NCBI GenBank assembly: GCA_963719945.1
Contig: CAVRDX010000001.1
Location: 32,001-96,000 of the forward strand
Reading direction: 5' to 3'
DNA from: an uncultured Thermoplasmata archaeon
GTDB lineage: Archaea > Thermoplasmatota > Thermoplasmata > UBA10834
DNA length: 64,000 nucleotides
Below are positions 42,385 to 53,466 of the stretch, one piece after another. How positions within the stretch are numbered: position 1 is the stretch's first letter; each line of letters begins with the position of its first letter. The notes under the pieces are model-generated. The model made no database searches and was not told the origin of the DNA. It saw only the letters and a program-made list of their open reading frames with translations. The position numbers were made by a program, and so were the translations under genes.

Positions 42385-42954
42385 ATGAGCGGTCTGTTGC
42401 AGGCTTTTGCGGGGATATTGATAGTATTCTTTCTTCCGGGCTACACGCTCGTATGCATGCTCTTTCCGAGGAGAGGTGAACTCGACCCTGAGTACGATGT
42501 TGTATACAGAGTCGCATTGGGCATGGGGTTGAGCATCGTGATCGCGATCTTCGTGGGGTTCGTGCTCAATGCCATGAGCACCGAAGAGGAAGGGTATGTC
42601 ACCGCAGTACCGCTCTGGATCAGCCTCCTTTCGTTGACCGGCATCTTCACCGTGGGTGGATGGCTAAGAGGGGCGTATCCTTCCATGGGCCTAGCGCATC
42701 CCAGCCTCTATCGTCCGCCTCCTCCTCAGAAGGCCTTCGGCATGAGGCCTGCATCCCCTGGAAAGAAGAGGGAGACCGAGAAGCTGCTGATAGAGCGGGA
42801 CGATATGGTGCGAGCGGTCGAGAAGTATGCTGCCCGGTCGTCGACTTCAAATCCTAACAAGAGCCTCTACTACCAGAGGAGGATAGACGAGCTGAGGGTT
42901 CGGATCGAGCAGATCAACGAGTTGCTCGACCGGATGGACCGGGAGGCGAAGTGA
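42385..42954 (+). CDS. DUF1616-like membrane protein
   Basis: FFLPGY....LFP....D...R.AL..GLSI. Confidence 0.7.
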   Translation: MSGLLQAFAGILIVFFLPGYTLVCMLFPRRGELDPEYDVVYRVALGMGLSIVIAIFVGFVLNAMSTEEEGYVTAVPLWISLLSLTGIFTVGGWLRGAYPSMGLAHPSLYRPPPPQKAFGMRPASPGKKRETEKLLIERDDMVRAVEKYAARSSTSNPNKSLYYQRRIDELRVRIEQINELLDRMDREAK

Positions 42955-42975
42955 TTGGCTATTAGAAAGGGAGAT

Positions 42976-43329
42976 ATGGAGTACAAGCTGGTCATCGTTG
43001 TCAGGGACGACCTGAAGATGTCCGTCGGAAAGCTGGCCGCCCAAGTGGCCCATGCTGCTGTCTCATGCTCTCTGCAGGCGAAGGCCAAGAATTCCGGATG
43101 GTTCCATTCCTGGTACAAAGAGGGCCAGAAGAAAGTGGTCGTGCGCGTCAAGACTCTGGAGGAGCTATTCGAATTGAACGAGAAGGCCGCAAAGGCCGGG
43201 CTTCCACGCAGTCTTATCACGGACGCTGGTCTGACCGAACTGCCTTCCAACACGACGACCTGCTTAGGGGTCGGGCCGGGACCAGATAGTCTTGTAGATT
43301 CGGTCACAGGCTCCCTTCCGCTCGCGTGA
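42976..43329 (+). CDS. pth2: Peptidyl-tRNA hydrolase Pth2
   Basis: K.VIVVR.DLKMS.GK.AAQ.AHA; DAG.TE; G.GP. Confidence 0.95.
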   Translation: MEYKLVIVVRDDLKMSVGKLAAQVAHAAVSCSLQAKAKNSGWFHSWYKEGQKKVVVRVKTLEELFELNEKAAKAGLPRSLITDAGLTELPSNTTTCLGVGPGPDSLVDSVTGSLPLA

Positions 43330-43907
43330 GTGAGATGAAGAACCAAGTCAGGATACTGGGGATAGACGATTCTCCGTTCAAATTCGGGGATGAGGACTCG
43401 CTGGTGATCGGAGCCCTCGTGAGGACGCCGAACTACCTCGAGGCCGTCATGAGGACCCGTGCCGAGGTCGACGGAACGGATTCTACCGACCGGTTGATCG
43501 AGTTGATCCAAGGGTCGAGGTACAAGGACCAGATCAAGGCGGTCATGATCGACGGCATCGCGCTCGCCGGATTCAACGTGATCGATTTGGAGCGGTTGCA
43601 TGAGAGCATATCGGTCCCTGTGCTCACGATCACACGGGATAGGCCAGATTTCAAGGAGATCGAATCTGCCCTGAAGAAGCATTTCGCCGATTGGAAGGAC
43701 CGTCTAGGACTGATGACCAGGCTCGATTTGAAGCAGATACGAACGGAACACAACCCCCTGTTCGCCTGCGGGATCGGCCTGGAATGGCCCGAGTTCGAGG
43801 AACTGGCACGCCTGGCCACTGTCAAGGGGGCCCTTCCAGAACCGCTCAGGATCGCCCACTTGATATCGTCCGCTTTGGTGAGCGGGGAATCGAAGGGGAG
43901 GTCTTGA
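43326..43907 (+). CDS. DUF99/UPF0215 protein (endonuclease V-like fold)
   Basis: GIDDSPF, VDG.D.T, G...AGFN..D, PEPLR.AHLI. Confidence 0.88.
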   Translation: MSEMKNQVRILGIDDSPFKFGDEDSLVIGALVRTPNYLEAVMRTRAEVDGTDSTDRLIELIQGSRYKDQIKAVMIDGIALAGFNVIDLERLHESISVPVLTITRDRPDFKEIESALKKHFADWKDRLGLMTRLDLKQIRTEHNPLFACGIGLEWPEFEELARLATVKGALPEPLRIAHLISSALVSGESKGRS

Positions 43908-44094
43908 CCCCTGGAGTCCAGGCATAAACGACTTATACCCTCTGCAATCTCCCATCGTCCGGAAGAACAGGGTCCTTGAGAATATTGTCCCTGGAGCGGC
44001 AACCTGGAATGCTGGCAGTGCGGACAGTATAACCGTAAGTTTTAATAGGCTGACGGATTTGTAGGGCTTACTTCCGTAGCGAAAGGTGAACCTA

Positions 44095-44523
44095 TTGCCT
44101 AGAGGTCTAATCACAGCCAGAAAGCTCAAGCAGAGCCGACAGATGATGAGATGGAGCGATCGTTATTACAAGCGCAGGCAACTGCACTTGAAAGAGAAGT
44201 CCGACCCTCTCGAAGGCTCAGCCCAGGCGAAAGGCGTCGTGCTTGAGAAAGTCGGTATTGAGGCGAAACAACCAAACTCTGCGATACGGAAGTGTGTCAA
44301 GATCCAATTGATCAAGAACGGTAGGCAGATCACCGCCTTCGCCGTCGGCGACGGTGCCATCAACTTCATAGATGAGCACGATGAGGTGCTGGTCGAGGGC
44401 ATCGGGGGCAGGATGGGTAGGTCCTACGGTGACATCCCCGGTGTCAGATACAAGGTGATCAAAGTCAACAACGTCTCTCTAAACGAGCTGGTGAGGGGCA
44501 GAAAGGAGAAACCTGTGAGGTGA
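44095..44523 (+). CDS. rps12: 30S ribosomal protein S12
   Basis: KQPNSA.RKC; [10 protein letters not shown]; TTG start behind AGGTGA. Confidence 0.98.
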   Translation: MPRGLITARKLKQSRQMMRWSDRYYKRRQLHLKEKSDPLEGSAQAKGVVLEKVGIEAKQPNSAIRKCVKIQLIKNGRQITAFAVGDGAINFIDEHDEVLVEGIGGRMGRSYGDIPGVRYKVIKVNNVSLNELVRGRKEKPVR

Positions 44524-44527
44524 TCAT

Positions 44528-45256
44528 ATGGCAGAAGAAAAGGTACCAGAACAGGCAACCCAAGCCCCGGAGCCTACTGCATCCCCTGAGGCAGCTGCTG
44601 CACCGCTTACTCAACCGCAGAAAGCCGAACAGAAACCAGCAGATAACAAGGCCGTAGAGGCTGATGTGGCCGCGGAGCCGGCGAAACCGATGGCCAGCGT
44701 ACTCCTCTTCGGCAAGTACGACGCTTCGGTCGTAACCATAAGTGACCCGGGTATGGCGAGGTACATGGATATCTCGCCAATATCCGTGCCACACACTGGT
44801 GGAAAGCACACGGCCAAGGCGTTCGGGAAGGCCAAGATGAGCATAGTGGAGCGCCTCATCAACAACATGATGAGGACCGAGGATTTCACGGGCAAGAAGA
44901 TGGGGTCCTACAAGGCGGTCGAGGATGCCTTCGCGTCGATCCATGCCAAGACGGGCCAGAACCCGCTCCAGGTACTGGTCGATGCGCTGCTCAACACCGC
45001 TCCCAGGGAAGAGGTCACGAGGCTACGGTACGGAGGCATATCAGTTCCGAAGGCCGTCGATGTCGCTCCTGCAAGGAGGGTCGACCTCGCTCTGAGGTAT
45101 GTGTGTCAGGCTACACTGGAATCCTCGCACGGGAGCAAGACCCCGATAGGTGATTGTCTCGCCAACCAACTACTGCTCGCAGCCAAGAACGACATGAACA
45201 GCAGTGCGGTGGCCAAGAAGGAAGAAATCGAAAGGGTGGCTTCGTCCGCTCGCTGA
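44528..45256 (+). CDS. rps7: 30S ribosomal protein S7 with low-complexity N-terminal extension
   Basis: PHTGG, IVERLIN, APREE, KKEE.ERVA.SAR. Confidence 0.96.
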   Translation: MAEEKVPEQATQAPEPTASPEAAAAPLTQPQKAEQKPADNKAVEADVAAEPAKPMASVLLFGKYDASVVTISDPGMARYMDISPISVPHTGGKHTAKAFGKAKMSIVERLINNMMRTEDFTGKKMGSYKAVEDAFASIHAKTGQNPLQVLVDALLNTAPREEVTRLRYGGISVPKAVDVAPARRVDLALRYVCQATLESSHGSKTPIGDCLANQLLLAAKNDMNSSAVAKKEEIERVASSAR

Positions 45257-45341
45257 GTTTGTTTGACAAACCTCTTATCATGCTTTCATGTTCGACGCTT
45301 TACTGTCGCATATGAACTAGAACTAGACCCATGGTGATCTT

Positions 45342-47540
45342 ATGGGAAGAAAAGAAGACAATATCCGCAAGGCGCAAGCCCTGATGAGGCAGACCAAATT
45401 CATCCGTAACATCGGAACCGCTGCCCACATCGACCACGGAAAGACGACGCTCTCCGACAACCTGATCGCTGGATCGGGCATGATGTCCGGGGATCTTGCT
45501 GGCAAGCAGCTGCTCCTCGACTTCGATGAGCAGGAGCAGGCCAGAGGGATCACGATCAACGCCGCGAGCGCGTCGATGGTTTATGATTACAAGGGTCAGG
45601 AATACCTGATCAATCTCATCGACACACCTGGTCACGTCGACTTCGGCGGCGATGTCACGAGGGCCATGAGGGCCATCGACGGTGTCATCATCCTCGCTTG
45701 CGCGGTCGAAGGTGTGATGCCTCAGACGGAGACCGTCATAAGACAGGCAATCAAGGAGAGGGTTCACCCGATCCTGTTCATCAACAAGGTCGACAGACTG
45801 ATAAACGAGCTTCAGGTGACGCCCGAGCAGATGCAGGCGCGTCTCGCTGGTATCGTCAACGAGGTCAACGAGAAGATCAAGAAGCTGTTGCCGCCCGAGC
45901 TGAAGGACAAGTGGGCGTTGAAGGTCGAGACTGGCAACGTCATATTCGGCTCCGCTTACAACAACTGGGCTATATCCGTGCCCTACATGAAGGCCACTGG
46001 TATCAATTTCAAGCAGGTGTACGAGTTCTGCAAGAATGGCGACCAGAAGACCCTTGCGAAGAAGGCTCCTCTCCATGAGGTCCTGCTCGAGATGGTCATC
46101 ATACACCTTCCAAACCCCGATGAGGCCCAGAAACTCAGGATACCCATCATTTGGCACGGGGACCCAGAGTCTAATTTCGGCAAGGGGATGTTGAACTGCG
46201 ATCCAGAAGGTCCGGTGGCTCTCATGGTCACAAAGATCATAGTGGATCAGCATGCTGGTGAGGTCGCAGTCGGCCGTCTCTTCAGTGGGAAGATCCGAAA
46301 GGGCCAGGAGCTGCATGTCATAGGCATGCCAGACCCCAACAGGGCCCAGATGGTCTCGCTCACAGTCGGCGCGGACAGGATCCCTGTCGACGAGCTGGAT
46401 GCGGGCAACGTCGTCGCGGTATCCGGACTCAAGGATGCGATCGCTGGTTCCACTGTCTCCAGTGACCCTGAGATGGCGTCTTTCGAGAAGATCGTTCACT
46501 ACAGCGACCCTGTCGTCACCGTGGCCATAGAGGCCAAGCACACGAAGGATCTGCCTAAGCTGGTGGATGTACTTCGCACAGTCGCGAAGGCAGACCCGTC
46601 GATCCAGGTCGAGATCAACCAGGAGACGGGCGAGCATCTGATGTCTGGCATGGGCGAACTGCATCTTGAGATCACTCAGTACAGGATAGTCAACGAGCAC
46701 AAGGTCGAGATCAAGACCTCACCGCCAATCGTCGTGTTCAGGGAGTGCGTGCTTGGAATGGGCGGTCCGTTCGAGGGCAAGTCCCCGAACAAGCACAACA
46801 AGTTCTACATCGAGGTCGAACCGCTCTCAGCAGATATCGTCCAGGCCATGCGTTCCGGCGTCATCGATGTCGAGGGCAAGGTCAAGGACTCGAAGGCGGT
46901 CGCGAGGCAGCTCCAGGATCTGGGCATGGATAGGGACGAGGCGAGAGGCATCGTGGCCTTCCATGGCACCAACATGCTCCTAGACATGACCAAAGGTATC
47001 CAGTACCTGCACGAGACGATGGAACTGATAAAAGAAGCGTACATAGAGGCCATGAACCGAGGCCCGCTGGCCAACGAGAAGTGCATGGCTGTCAAGATCA
47101 AGCTCGTCGATGCCAAGATGCATGAGGACAGCATACACAGGGGCCCGGCCCAGGTCATTCCAGCTGCAAGATCCGCTATCTACGGTGCGATGTGCCAGGC
47201 TGGCCGTACCCTTTACGAGCCCATGCAGAAGGTCTTCATCAATGTGCCCCAGGACGTCATGGGTGACGCGATCCGTGAGGTCCAGCAGAGGCGCGGAGTG
47301 ATTGAGGACATGAAGCAAGAGGGCGAGATGACGATCGTAGCTTCCAAGTGCCCAGTCTCCGAGATGTTCGGCTTCGCAGCATCCATCAGGGGTGCCACGA
47401 GTGGAAGGGCGCTCTGGTCGACTGAGAACGCTGGCTTCGAGCCGATGCCCAAGGACCCCTTGGACAAGGCCGTGCTGCAGATAAGGCAGAGGAAGGGACT
47501 CAAGCCTGAGCCGTACGACGCTGCGTACTACTCGAGCTGA
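45342..47540 (+). CDS. fusA: Elongation factor EF-2
   Basis: [21 protein letters not shown]; diphthamide loop HED.IHRGPAQ. Confidence 0.98.
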   Translation: MGRKEDNIRKAQALMRQTKFIRNIGTAAHIDHGKTTLSDNLIAGSGMMSGDLAGKQLLLDFDEQEQARGITINAASASMVYDYKGQEYLINLIDTPGHVDFGGDVTRAMRAIDGVIILACAVEGVMPQTETVIRQAIKERVHPILFINKVDRLINELQVTPEQMQARLAGIVNEVNEKIKKLLPPELKDKWALKVETGNVIFGSAYNNWAISVPYMKATGINFKQVYEFCKNGDQKTLAKKAPLHEVLLEMVIIHLPNPDEAQKLRIPIIWHGDPESNFGKGMLNCDPEGPVALMVTKIIVDQHAGEVAVGRLFSGKIRKGQELHVIGMPDPNRAQMVSLTVGADRIPVDELDAGNVVAVSGLKDAIAGSTVSSDPEMASFEKIVHYSDPVVTVAIEAKHTKDLPKLVDVLRTVAKADPSIQVEINQETGEHLMSGMGELHLEITQYRIVNEHKVEIKTSPPIVVFRECVLGMGGPFEGKSPNKHNKFYIEVEPLSADIVQAMRSGVIDVEGKVKDSKAVARQLQDLGMDRDEARGIVAFHGTNMLLDMTKGIQYLHETMELIKEAYIEAMNRGPLANEKCMAVKIKLVDAKMHEDSIHRGPAQVIPAARSAIYGAMCQAGRTLYEPMQKVFINVPQDVMGDAIREVQQRRGVIEDMKQEGEMTIVASKCPVSEMFGFAASIRGATSGRALWSTENAGFEPMPKDPLDKAVLQIRQRKGLKPEPYDAAYYSS

Positions 47541-47628
47541 TGGAAGAGCCACAGTCCAGATTCCCTTTGCAAAAAGACTAATATACCAAGAGCATCATGC
47601 TCGAAAAGAAGACAATGGAGGCCATGAT

Positions 47629-48900
47629 ATGGCAGAGAAACCACATATGAACTTGGTGTTCATCGGACATGTTGACCACGGTAAGTCGACCAGTGTCGGT
47701 CGCTTGCTCCTCGACACGGGCCACGTTGAGGCCCACATCATCGAGAAGTACAGGAAGGAGGCCGAGACGAAGGGCAAGGCGACTTTCGAGTTCGCATGGG
47801 TCATGGATGGACTGAAGGAAGAGCGAGAGAGAGGTCTCACCATCGATGTTGCACACAAGAGGTTCAACACCTCGAAGTACTACTTCACCATAATCGACGC
47901 ACCTGGACACAGGGACTTCGTGAAGAACATGATCACTGGTACCAGCCAAGCTGACGCAGCGGTCATCGTCGTGTCGTCGATCGAGGGTCCCCAGGCCCAG
48001 ACGAAGGAGCACATCTTCCTGGCAAGGACGCTCGGTGTGAACCAGATCGTTATCGATATCAACAAGATGGACGCGGTCAAGTACGATCAGGCGAAGTACG
48101 AGGAGACCAAGAAGGCAGTGACCGAGCTTTTGAAGACGGTCGGGTACAAGACGGACGAGATTCCGTTCATCCCGTGCTCTGGATTCAAGGGCGACAACAT
48201 TGCATCCGTCTCTGCGAACACTCCTTGGTACAAGGGCCCGACACTCGTTCAGGCACTCGATGGTCTGAAGCCCCCGGCACAGATGACCGACAAGGCACTC
48301 AGACTCCCAGTGCAGGATGTCTACAGCATCACTGGTGTAGGAACCGTTCCAGTGGGCAGGGTCGAGACCGGCGTGCTCAAGCCAGACATGAAGATCATCT
48401 TCATGCCATCGAACAAGGTCGGAGAAGTCAAGTCGATCGAGATGCACCATGAGATGCTCACACAGGCTTTGCCTGGTGACAATGTCGGATTCAACTGCAG
48501 AGGCATCGCCAAGACCGATATCAAGAGGGGAGATGTCGCTGGTCCAGTAGACAACCCACCGACGGTCGCGAAGACCTTCACCGCGCAGATAATGGTCCTG
48601 AACCACCCGAGCGTGATCACTGTCGGATACACACCAGTGTTCCACATGCACACAGCTCAGGTAGCGTGCACATTCCTTGAGCTCCAGAAGAAGCTCGACC
48701 CGAGGACGGGCGCTGTCAAGGAAGAGAACCCGCAGTTCCTCAAGACCGGTGACGCGGCGATCGTGAAGATCCAGCCGTCCAAGCCACTGGCGATTGAGAA
48801 GGCGAAGGACTTCCCGCAGCTCGGCAGGTTCGCGGTCAGAGACATGGGCCAGACCGTCGCGGCTGGCATGGTCGTGGATGTCGAAAAGAAGGAGATGTAA
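47629..48900 (+). CDS. tuf: Elongation factor EF-1 alpha
   Basis: [36 protein letters not shown]. Confidence 0.98.
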   Translation: MAEKPHMNLVFIGHVDHGKSTSVGRLLLDTGHVEAHIIEKYRKEAETKGKATFEFAWVMDGLKEERERGLTIDVAHKRFNTSKYYFTIIDAPGHRDFVKNMITGTSQADAAVIVVSSIEGPQAQTKEHIFLARTLGVNQIVIDINKMDAVKYDQAKYEETKKAVTELLKTVGYKTDEIPFIPCSGFKGDNIASVSANTPWYKGPTLVQALDGLKPPAQMTDKALRLPVQDVYSITGVGTVPVGRVETGVLKPDMKIIFMPSNKVGEVKSIEMHHEMLTQALPGDNVGFNCRGIAKTDIKRGDVAGPVDNPPTVAKTFTAQIMVLNHPSVITVGYTPVFHMHTAQVACTFLELQKKLDPRTGAVKEENPQFLKTGDAAIVKIQPSKPLAIEKAKDFPQLGRFAVRDMGQTVAAGMVVDVEKKEM

Positions 48901-48951
48901 AACCCTTAAAACCCCCTTTCTCTTATGTTTTTCATGTGAGGTTTTGTTGAT

Positions 48952-49263
48952 ATGTCTCAAAGAGCCCGGATTTCTCTTAGCGGAACAGACCCCAAGAAGG
49001 TCGATAGCGTCTGTAAGCAGATCAAGATGATAAGCGAAAAGACAGGCGTGGACATATCCGGACCTATACCTCTCCCGACAAAGAGGTTGCTCGTGCCCGT
49101 GCGCAAGAGCCCCGATGGTGAGGGTTCCGAGACATGGGACCGATGGGAGATGCGCGTACACAAGCGCCTGATCGATCTTGACGCGGACGAGCGTGCCCTC
49201 AGGCAGCTCATGAGGATACAGGTTCCAGACGGCGTCAACATCGAGATAGTGCTGCGCTCCTGA
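48952..49263 (+). CDS. rps10: 30S ribosomal protein S10
   Basis: GPIPLPT; [21 protein letters not shown]. Confidence 0.98.
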   Translation: MSQRARISLSGTDPKKVDSVCKQIKMISEKTGVDISGPIPLPTKRLLVPVRKSPDGEGSETWDRWEMRVHKRLIDLDADERALRQLMRIQVPDGVNIEIVLRS

Positions 49264-49564
49264 ATTCTCTGTGCGTGATTTAAGCGCATATTGAATCAAC
49301 AAATTCTTCGATTTGAATTGTTTCAGGGCATATCTTGAATCGCTCGCGACATCCTATTCGCGCGCTCTTTTCTATCGTTTTCCTTTGATGCAGTTGTCTC
49401 GGATGATTTTCAGGCACGAGACTCAACGGACAACTTATTTGACATCGTCGTTGACATAACAAGTCGTTCACGCGTTTATCCGGACCGAGGGTGGTTCGAG
49501 AAGGGGTTCTGAGATCCCGCGATGCATTCCGGAAGCTGCGTGGTCAAGACGAAGGAGTACTACC

Positions 49565-51598
49565 ATGGGGGCAGAACGAGCAGAGGATGGGGCCGGGTCT
49601 CACAACCATCCGTCAGGGGACCATCATGCGACGTTTCGATTCTTGGTGGAGAATTCCAGGGATGTCATATTCAGGCATCTGGCGGTCCCCGAACCCCGGA
49701 CGATATACATCAACCCTTCATGCCAAACGTTGCTAGGCCATTCCCCGAAGGATTTCCATGCCAACCCGAACCTTCTTCCGAGCCTGTTTCATCCCGATGA
49801 CTTGCCGATATTCCATGGCCTCCTCGATGGCAGTGTGCCGCATACCGAGCCCGCTGTTGCCCGTATGATGCGAAAAGACGGTTCCGTCCTATGGACGGAG
49901 CATAGCGCAATCCCTCTGAGGTCCGAAGACGGTCAGATCGTGGGGATCGACAGCTTCTGCCGTGATATCTCTGAGCGGATGCGTTCGTCGCAGGAAGTGA
50001 TCGCACGCGGTAGGATGATCGAGGATCTTCTCCAGAGGACCAAGAATCTGATTGAGAGCGCTCCCATGGCCATAATCGAGCTGGATTCGGATCTTAGGAT
50101 AATCAACCATAATTCACACCTTTTACAGTATATGTCTCCAGGGGGACCTGATAGTGGCGTCATAGGAAAGCCGTTCATGGATGTCTTCCAGGCCGCGGAT
50201 ACTGGGTCATTGATGGATATGGTCGAATCGTGCCGTGTCACGAAGGGATCCACACACAACAGGTTCCTTCCGATCAGAATAGTTGCCGATGACCAACCCG
50301 CAAAGGCTATGGTGTATGATGTCAGCATAGCACCCCTGATTGCTCCGGACCGCTCTGTCTCAAGCATCTTGGTGATGATGAGGGACATGTCCGAACTGGG
50401 GGAACTCGATAGGGAACGCTCATCGATGACCGACCTGCTATGGGTGATGTCCTCCGTGGAGAACATGCAGGAACTCCTGGACAATGCCATCCGCGTGCTG
50501 ACGACCTCGTTCGGTGCCGATGCCGGCATGATATTCTTGATGGACTCCGACTTTGGCAGGTTGTTCCTCGAATCCAAGTTCGGTCCGCTCGAAGGCATAC
50601 CAATATCTCTGGATGATTCCCGCGGAATCGAGTCGACCTCGCTATTTCACTCTCCAGACTCTTCTGGTTTTGAATCCGTGGGGTGTGCTGGGTCGCCTCT
50701 CGTGTCGGAGGTCATACAGTCCTCAGGCATGTCCTCTGGGATATGGGCGCGAATGACTTCAGGGCCACATGTGCTTGGATATGTTCTGCTGTTGTCCCAG
50801 GACCACTCACCGTTCGACGACCAAGCTAAGATATTCTTCAAGATACAGGTGAACACGCTAGCATATGCTGTCCAGAGGATGCAGATGCTGGGCGAGGCGG
50901 AACGAGCAACGGGAGAATCGGCGACCTACCTCGATCTATTGTGCCACGATATAGCAAACTACTCCTCGGCATTGATGTCCTTCAGTGAGCTCATCGAGGA
51001 TAGTGCCGAAGCACCAGATGTAGTCCGGCAGCACGCACAGGATATGAGGAAACAGGTACGAGTCATATCCACGATGATTGAGAGGCTGCGCAAGCTGACC
51101 GGGGTTAGCCATCAGCCCACTGCTATGGTCGAGGTCGATCTCGCGCAGTCAATCATCGATCTCATCGCAAGGCAGATGGATGGCGCGGAGGATGACCAAG
51201 CGATCTCCATCGATTTCGATCCCGCCACGCCGCATGCCATCGCACTGGCTGATTCAAAGATTGAGGTGGCCATTGAGAACATACTGGTGAACTCCATCGA
51301 GAACACCATCACCGAATCCATAGATGTGACCATATCTTTGACAGAATCTCCTGATCGACATGGCTATTTGGAGGTTGTCATAGAGGACAGGGGGACCGGC
51401 ATTCCAGACGATATCAAGTCAAACCTGCTCAAGCCGTCAAAGGATTACTGGGAGATCAAGCGCGGTTTTGGCATGGGCCTCTTCATCTCGAAGATGATCA
51501 TCGAGCGTTCGCGCGGCCAGATATCCATATCCGATCGCGTGCCGGGCGATTGGACACAAGGCACAAAGGTTTCGATATTGCTTCTAAGAGGTGGCTAG
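49565..51598 (+). CDS. PAS/PAS/GAF sensor histidine kinase
   Basis: PAS (FHPDD, RKDGS..W); H-box CHDIAN; IEDRGTGI; GFGMGL. Confidence 0.88.
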   Translation: MGAERAEDGAGSHNHPSGDHHATFRFLVENSRDVIFRHLAVPEPRTIYINPSCQTLLGHSPKDFHANPNLLPSLFHPDDLPIFHGLLDGSVPHTEPAVARMMRKDGSVLWTEHSAIPLRSEDGQIVGIDSFCRDISERMRSSQEVIARGRMIEDLLQRTKNLIESAPMAIIELDSDLRIINHNSHLLQYMSPGGPDSGVIGKPFMDVFQAADTGSLMDMVESCRVTKGSTHNRFLPIRIVADDQPAKAMVYDVSIAPLIAPDRSVSSILVMMRDMSELGELDRERSSMTDLLWVMSSVENMQELLDNAIRVLTTSFGADAGMIFLMDSDFGRLFLESKFGPLEGIPISLDDSRGIESTSLFHSPDSSGFESVGCAGSPLVSEVIQSSGMSSGIWARMTSGPHVLGYVLLLSQDHSPFDDQAKIFFKIQVNTLAYAVQRMQMLGEAERATGESATYLDLLCHDIANYSSALMSFSELIEDSAEAPDVVRQHAQDMRKQVRVISTMIERLRKLTGVSHQPTAMVEVDLAQSIIDLIARQMDGAEDDQAISIDFDPATPHAIALADSKIEVAIENILVNSIENTITESIDVTISLTESPDRHGYLEVVIEDRGTGIPDDIKSNLLKPSKDYWEIKRGFGMGLFISKMIIERSRGQISISDRVPGDWTQGTKVSILLLRGG

Positions 51599-52765
51599 TT
51601 GCCACCGAGGATACTCATAGTCGATGACGAGAAGCTTATAGTCCAGATACTCAAGGACACACTCTCTTTGAAGGGTTTCGACGTGGTGGGGTTCGCTTTC
51701 GACGGGGACTCTGCGGTCAAGAAATATTTTGAACTCTCACCCAGACCTGACCTGATCATAATGGACCACAGGATGCCGGTCAAGAGTGGCATCGAAGCGA
51801 TGGATGAGATACTCGCCACTGACCCGTCGGCGAGGGTACTGTTCCTTAGCGCAGATGCGAGGATTCGCGACATCGCATTGGCCAGGGGTGCCATCGGATT
51901 CATCTCGAAACCCTTCGAAGGCTTGGACCTATTACGTGCAATCAAGAACGCTCTCGCGGAACAGAGGGACAAATCTCTCTCAGGATTCTCTATTCCAAAG
52001 GCCGTCAGTTCCTTATTCAAGCAGGGATACGAGTTGGGCGTGGAGGTCGGCTATTATGGACACATGGAAACGGTCGGATGGGTCAGCTCAAAACGAAAGG
52101 AACTGCTTTCTCTCGCCCAAGGATTGGAGGTCCTGCGAGAATACAATTCGGAATACGATAGAGGCAAGGAGGATGGGCGACACAGACGCGTGAAGCCCGA
52201 AGTATTGCGCAGAGAGGATCGCGGTGACGGCCACGCGATGTCTGGGGGAGGTGGTGGCATGGGCACGCGGGCAGAGGCCACCTCTTTCGTTGGGGTAGGC
52301 TCGATCTCTGATCCGTCATCTGCTCGACAATTGATATCGGAAGCTCCACTTCTTGTTCAGGCGGATATTCAAGGACTAGCTTCAATGTTCGTCAGATATC
52401 ATGATTCGTCTGTCGGGAGCGTGCAGGAACTCTATGCAATGCTCGAATCGATGGTCCCATTGAGACCGAATGACATCTCTGGAAATGGCAGGGAAATCAT
52501 TGATCGTGGTCTACAAGCTTTGGTCAGAAGTGGGTGGGCGACTTTCTACTCGGTGGACCTGATCGACATGGCTAGCGGAGAGGCCACCATTAGCATCGAA
52601 TCTGTGTTCGCAAGATGCTGTGGCCGTTTCGACCATACAATATGTAGGTTTCTTGAGCCGATATTAGGTGAGATGCTTACACGAGCAGTTGGTCGCAAGG
52701 CAACTGTTAGGGAGATATCTTGCATTGCTACTGGGTCGAATGCATGCGTATTCTCAACCGTATGA
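51599..52765 (+). CDS. Response regulator with receiver domain and C-terminal V4R-like domain
   Basis: ILIVDD, IMD..MP..SG, SKPF; C-terminal C....G....E..C...G...C.F. Confidence 0.85.
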   Translation: MPPRILIVDDEKLIVQILKDTLSLKGFDVVGFAFDGDSAVKKYFELSPRPDLIIMDHRMPVKSGIEAMDEILATDPSARVLFLSADARIRDIALARGAIGFISKPFEGLDLLRAIKNALAEQRDKSLSGFSIPKAVSSLFKQGYELGVEVGYYGHMETVGWVSSKRKELLSLAQGLEVLREYNSEYDRGKEDGRHRRVKPEVLRREDRGDGHAMSGGGGGMGTRAEATSFVGVGSISDPSSARQLISEAPLLVQADIQGLASMFVRYHDSSVGSVQELYAMLESMVPLRPNDISGNGREIIDRGLQALVRSGWATFYSVDLIDMASGEATISIESVFARCCGRFDHTICRFLEPILGEMLTRAVGRKATVREISCIATGSNACVFSTV

Positions 52766-52831
52766 TTAGACTCCAGTTTTGGTCCGGAAAGGTTTTTAAC
52801 CAGCATGGTTGATGGGCCCTCCTCTCAGCAA

Positions 52832-52903
52832 GGGCCGATAGATCAGCGGAAGATCGCCTGCTTTGCAAGCAGGAGGTCAGGGGTTCAAATCCCCTTCGGT
52901 CCA
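52832..52903 (+). tRNA. tRNA-Ala(TGC)
   Basis: Acceptor GGGCCGA/TCGGTCC with G3:U70; anticodon arm CCTGC-TTTGCAA-GCAGG; GGTTCAAATCC. Confidence 0.96.
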
Positions 52904-53040
52904 CACCTACGCATAGCCAGACAAATATTCTTTTTTCAACCAGAAGTTTCTGCTCCGATTGCGGTTTTGAATGTGCCAGGGAATCCGGATCCCTGAAAAG
53001 GTCATTCGACCCATCAATCGCTGCCTGCTCTTTTGCTCGG

Positions 53041-53331
53041 CTAGTATTTCTCCGTGGTATTCGTGCTATTGTGGTCCATGCCTTTCGATACTAGAGGCGT
53101 TGCTGACGCATCCCTATAAATGCATCTCTGTCCAAATGTGCTCCTGAAGTGTTTTGCTGTGAAGGATATGCCAGATATCGTCCAGCACACCCGTCCGCCG
53201 TTCTTGCCTCCATTCATATCGTCAGCAATGCGATAGGTTGATGCAGGACACGCTGCCCGGCATCCTACCTTCGTACCGCCAGGCTCCTTCCCACAGCTCA
53301 TGAATTCCCAGCAATTCGACACTGTATCCAT
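53041..53331 (-). CDS. Two-CW-domain-like small Cys-rich protein, C-terminus degenerate
   Basis: NCWE...CG.EPGG......CPA.......NGG.NGGR.CW. Confidence 0.65.
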   Translation of the reverse strand: MDTVSNCWEFMSCGKEPGGTKVGCRAACPASTYRIADDMNGGKNGGRVCWTISGISFTAKHFRSTFGQRCIYRDASATPLVSKGMDHNSTNTTEKY

Positions 53332-53466
53332 GAGGAAAAATGGAAATGAAGAGGTTTCCTTCGCCGTCTACGAGATTATCCACATTCGGTACATCATGTG
53401 ATTCAATGGTTCCACATAGTGATGTCGTAGAGGTATCCATAGTCGCCGCCTGCAATGTCATTGTGG

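Noticed and set aside
43957-44025. Purine riboswitch, RNase P or SRP RNA
   Set aside because: The loops vaguely resemble purine-riboswitch loops, but the conserved junction nucleotides are absent. It is too short for RNase P or SRP and lacks their signatures
45300-49302. Long antisense ORFs (466 aa and 574 aa) over EF-2, EF-1a and rps10; similar ones over pyrG, tgtA and the hydrogenase genes
   Set aside because: Shadow ORFs caused by codon bias of the real genes; no motifs or RBS
49320-49337. TTTCAGGGCATATCTT resembling the reverse complement of the family A core
   Set aside because: Match of only about 11 nt with no flanking similarity; probably chance
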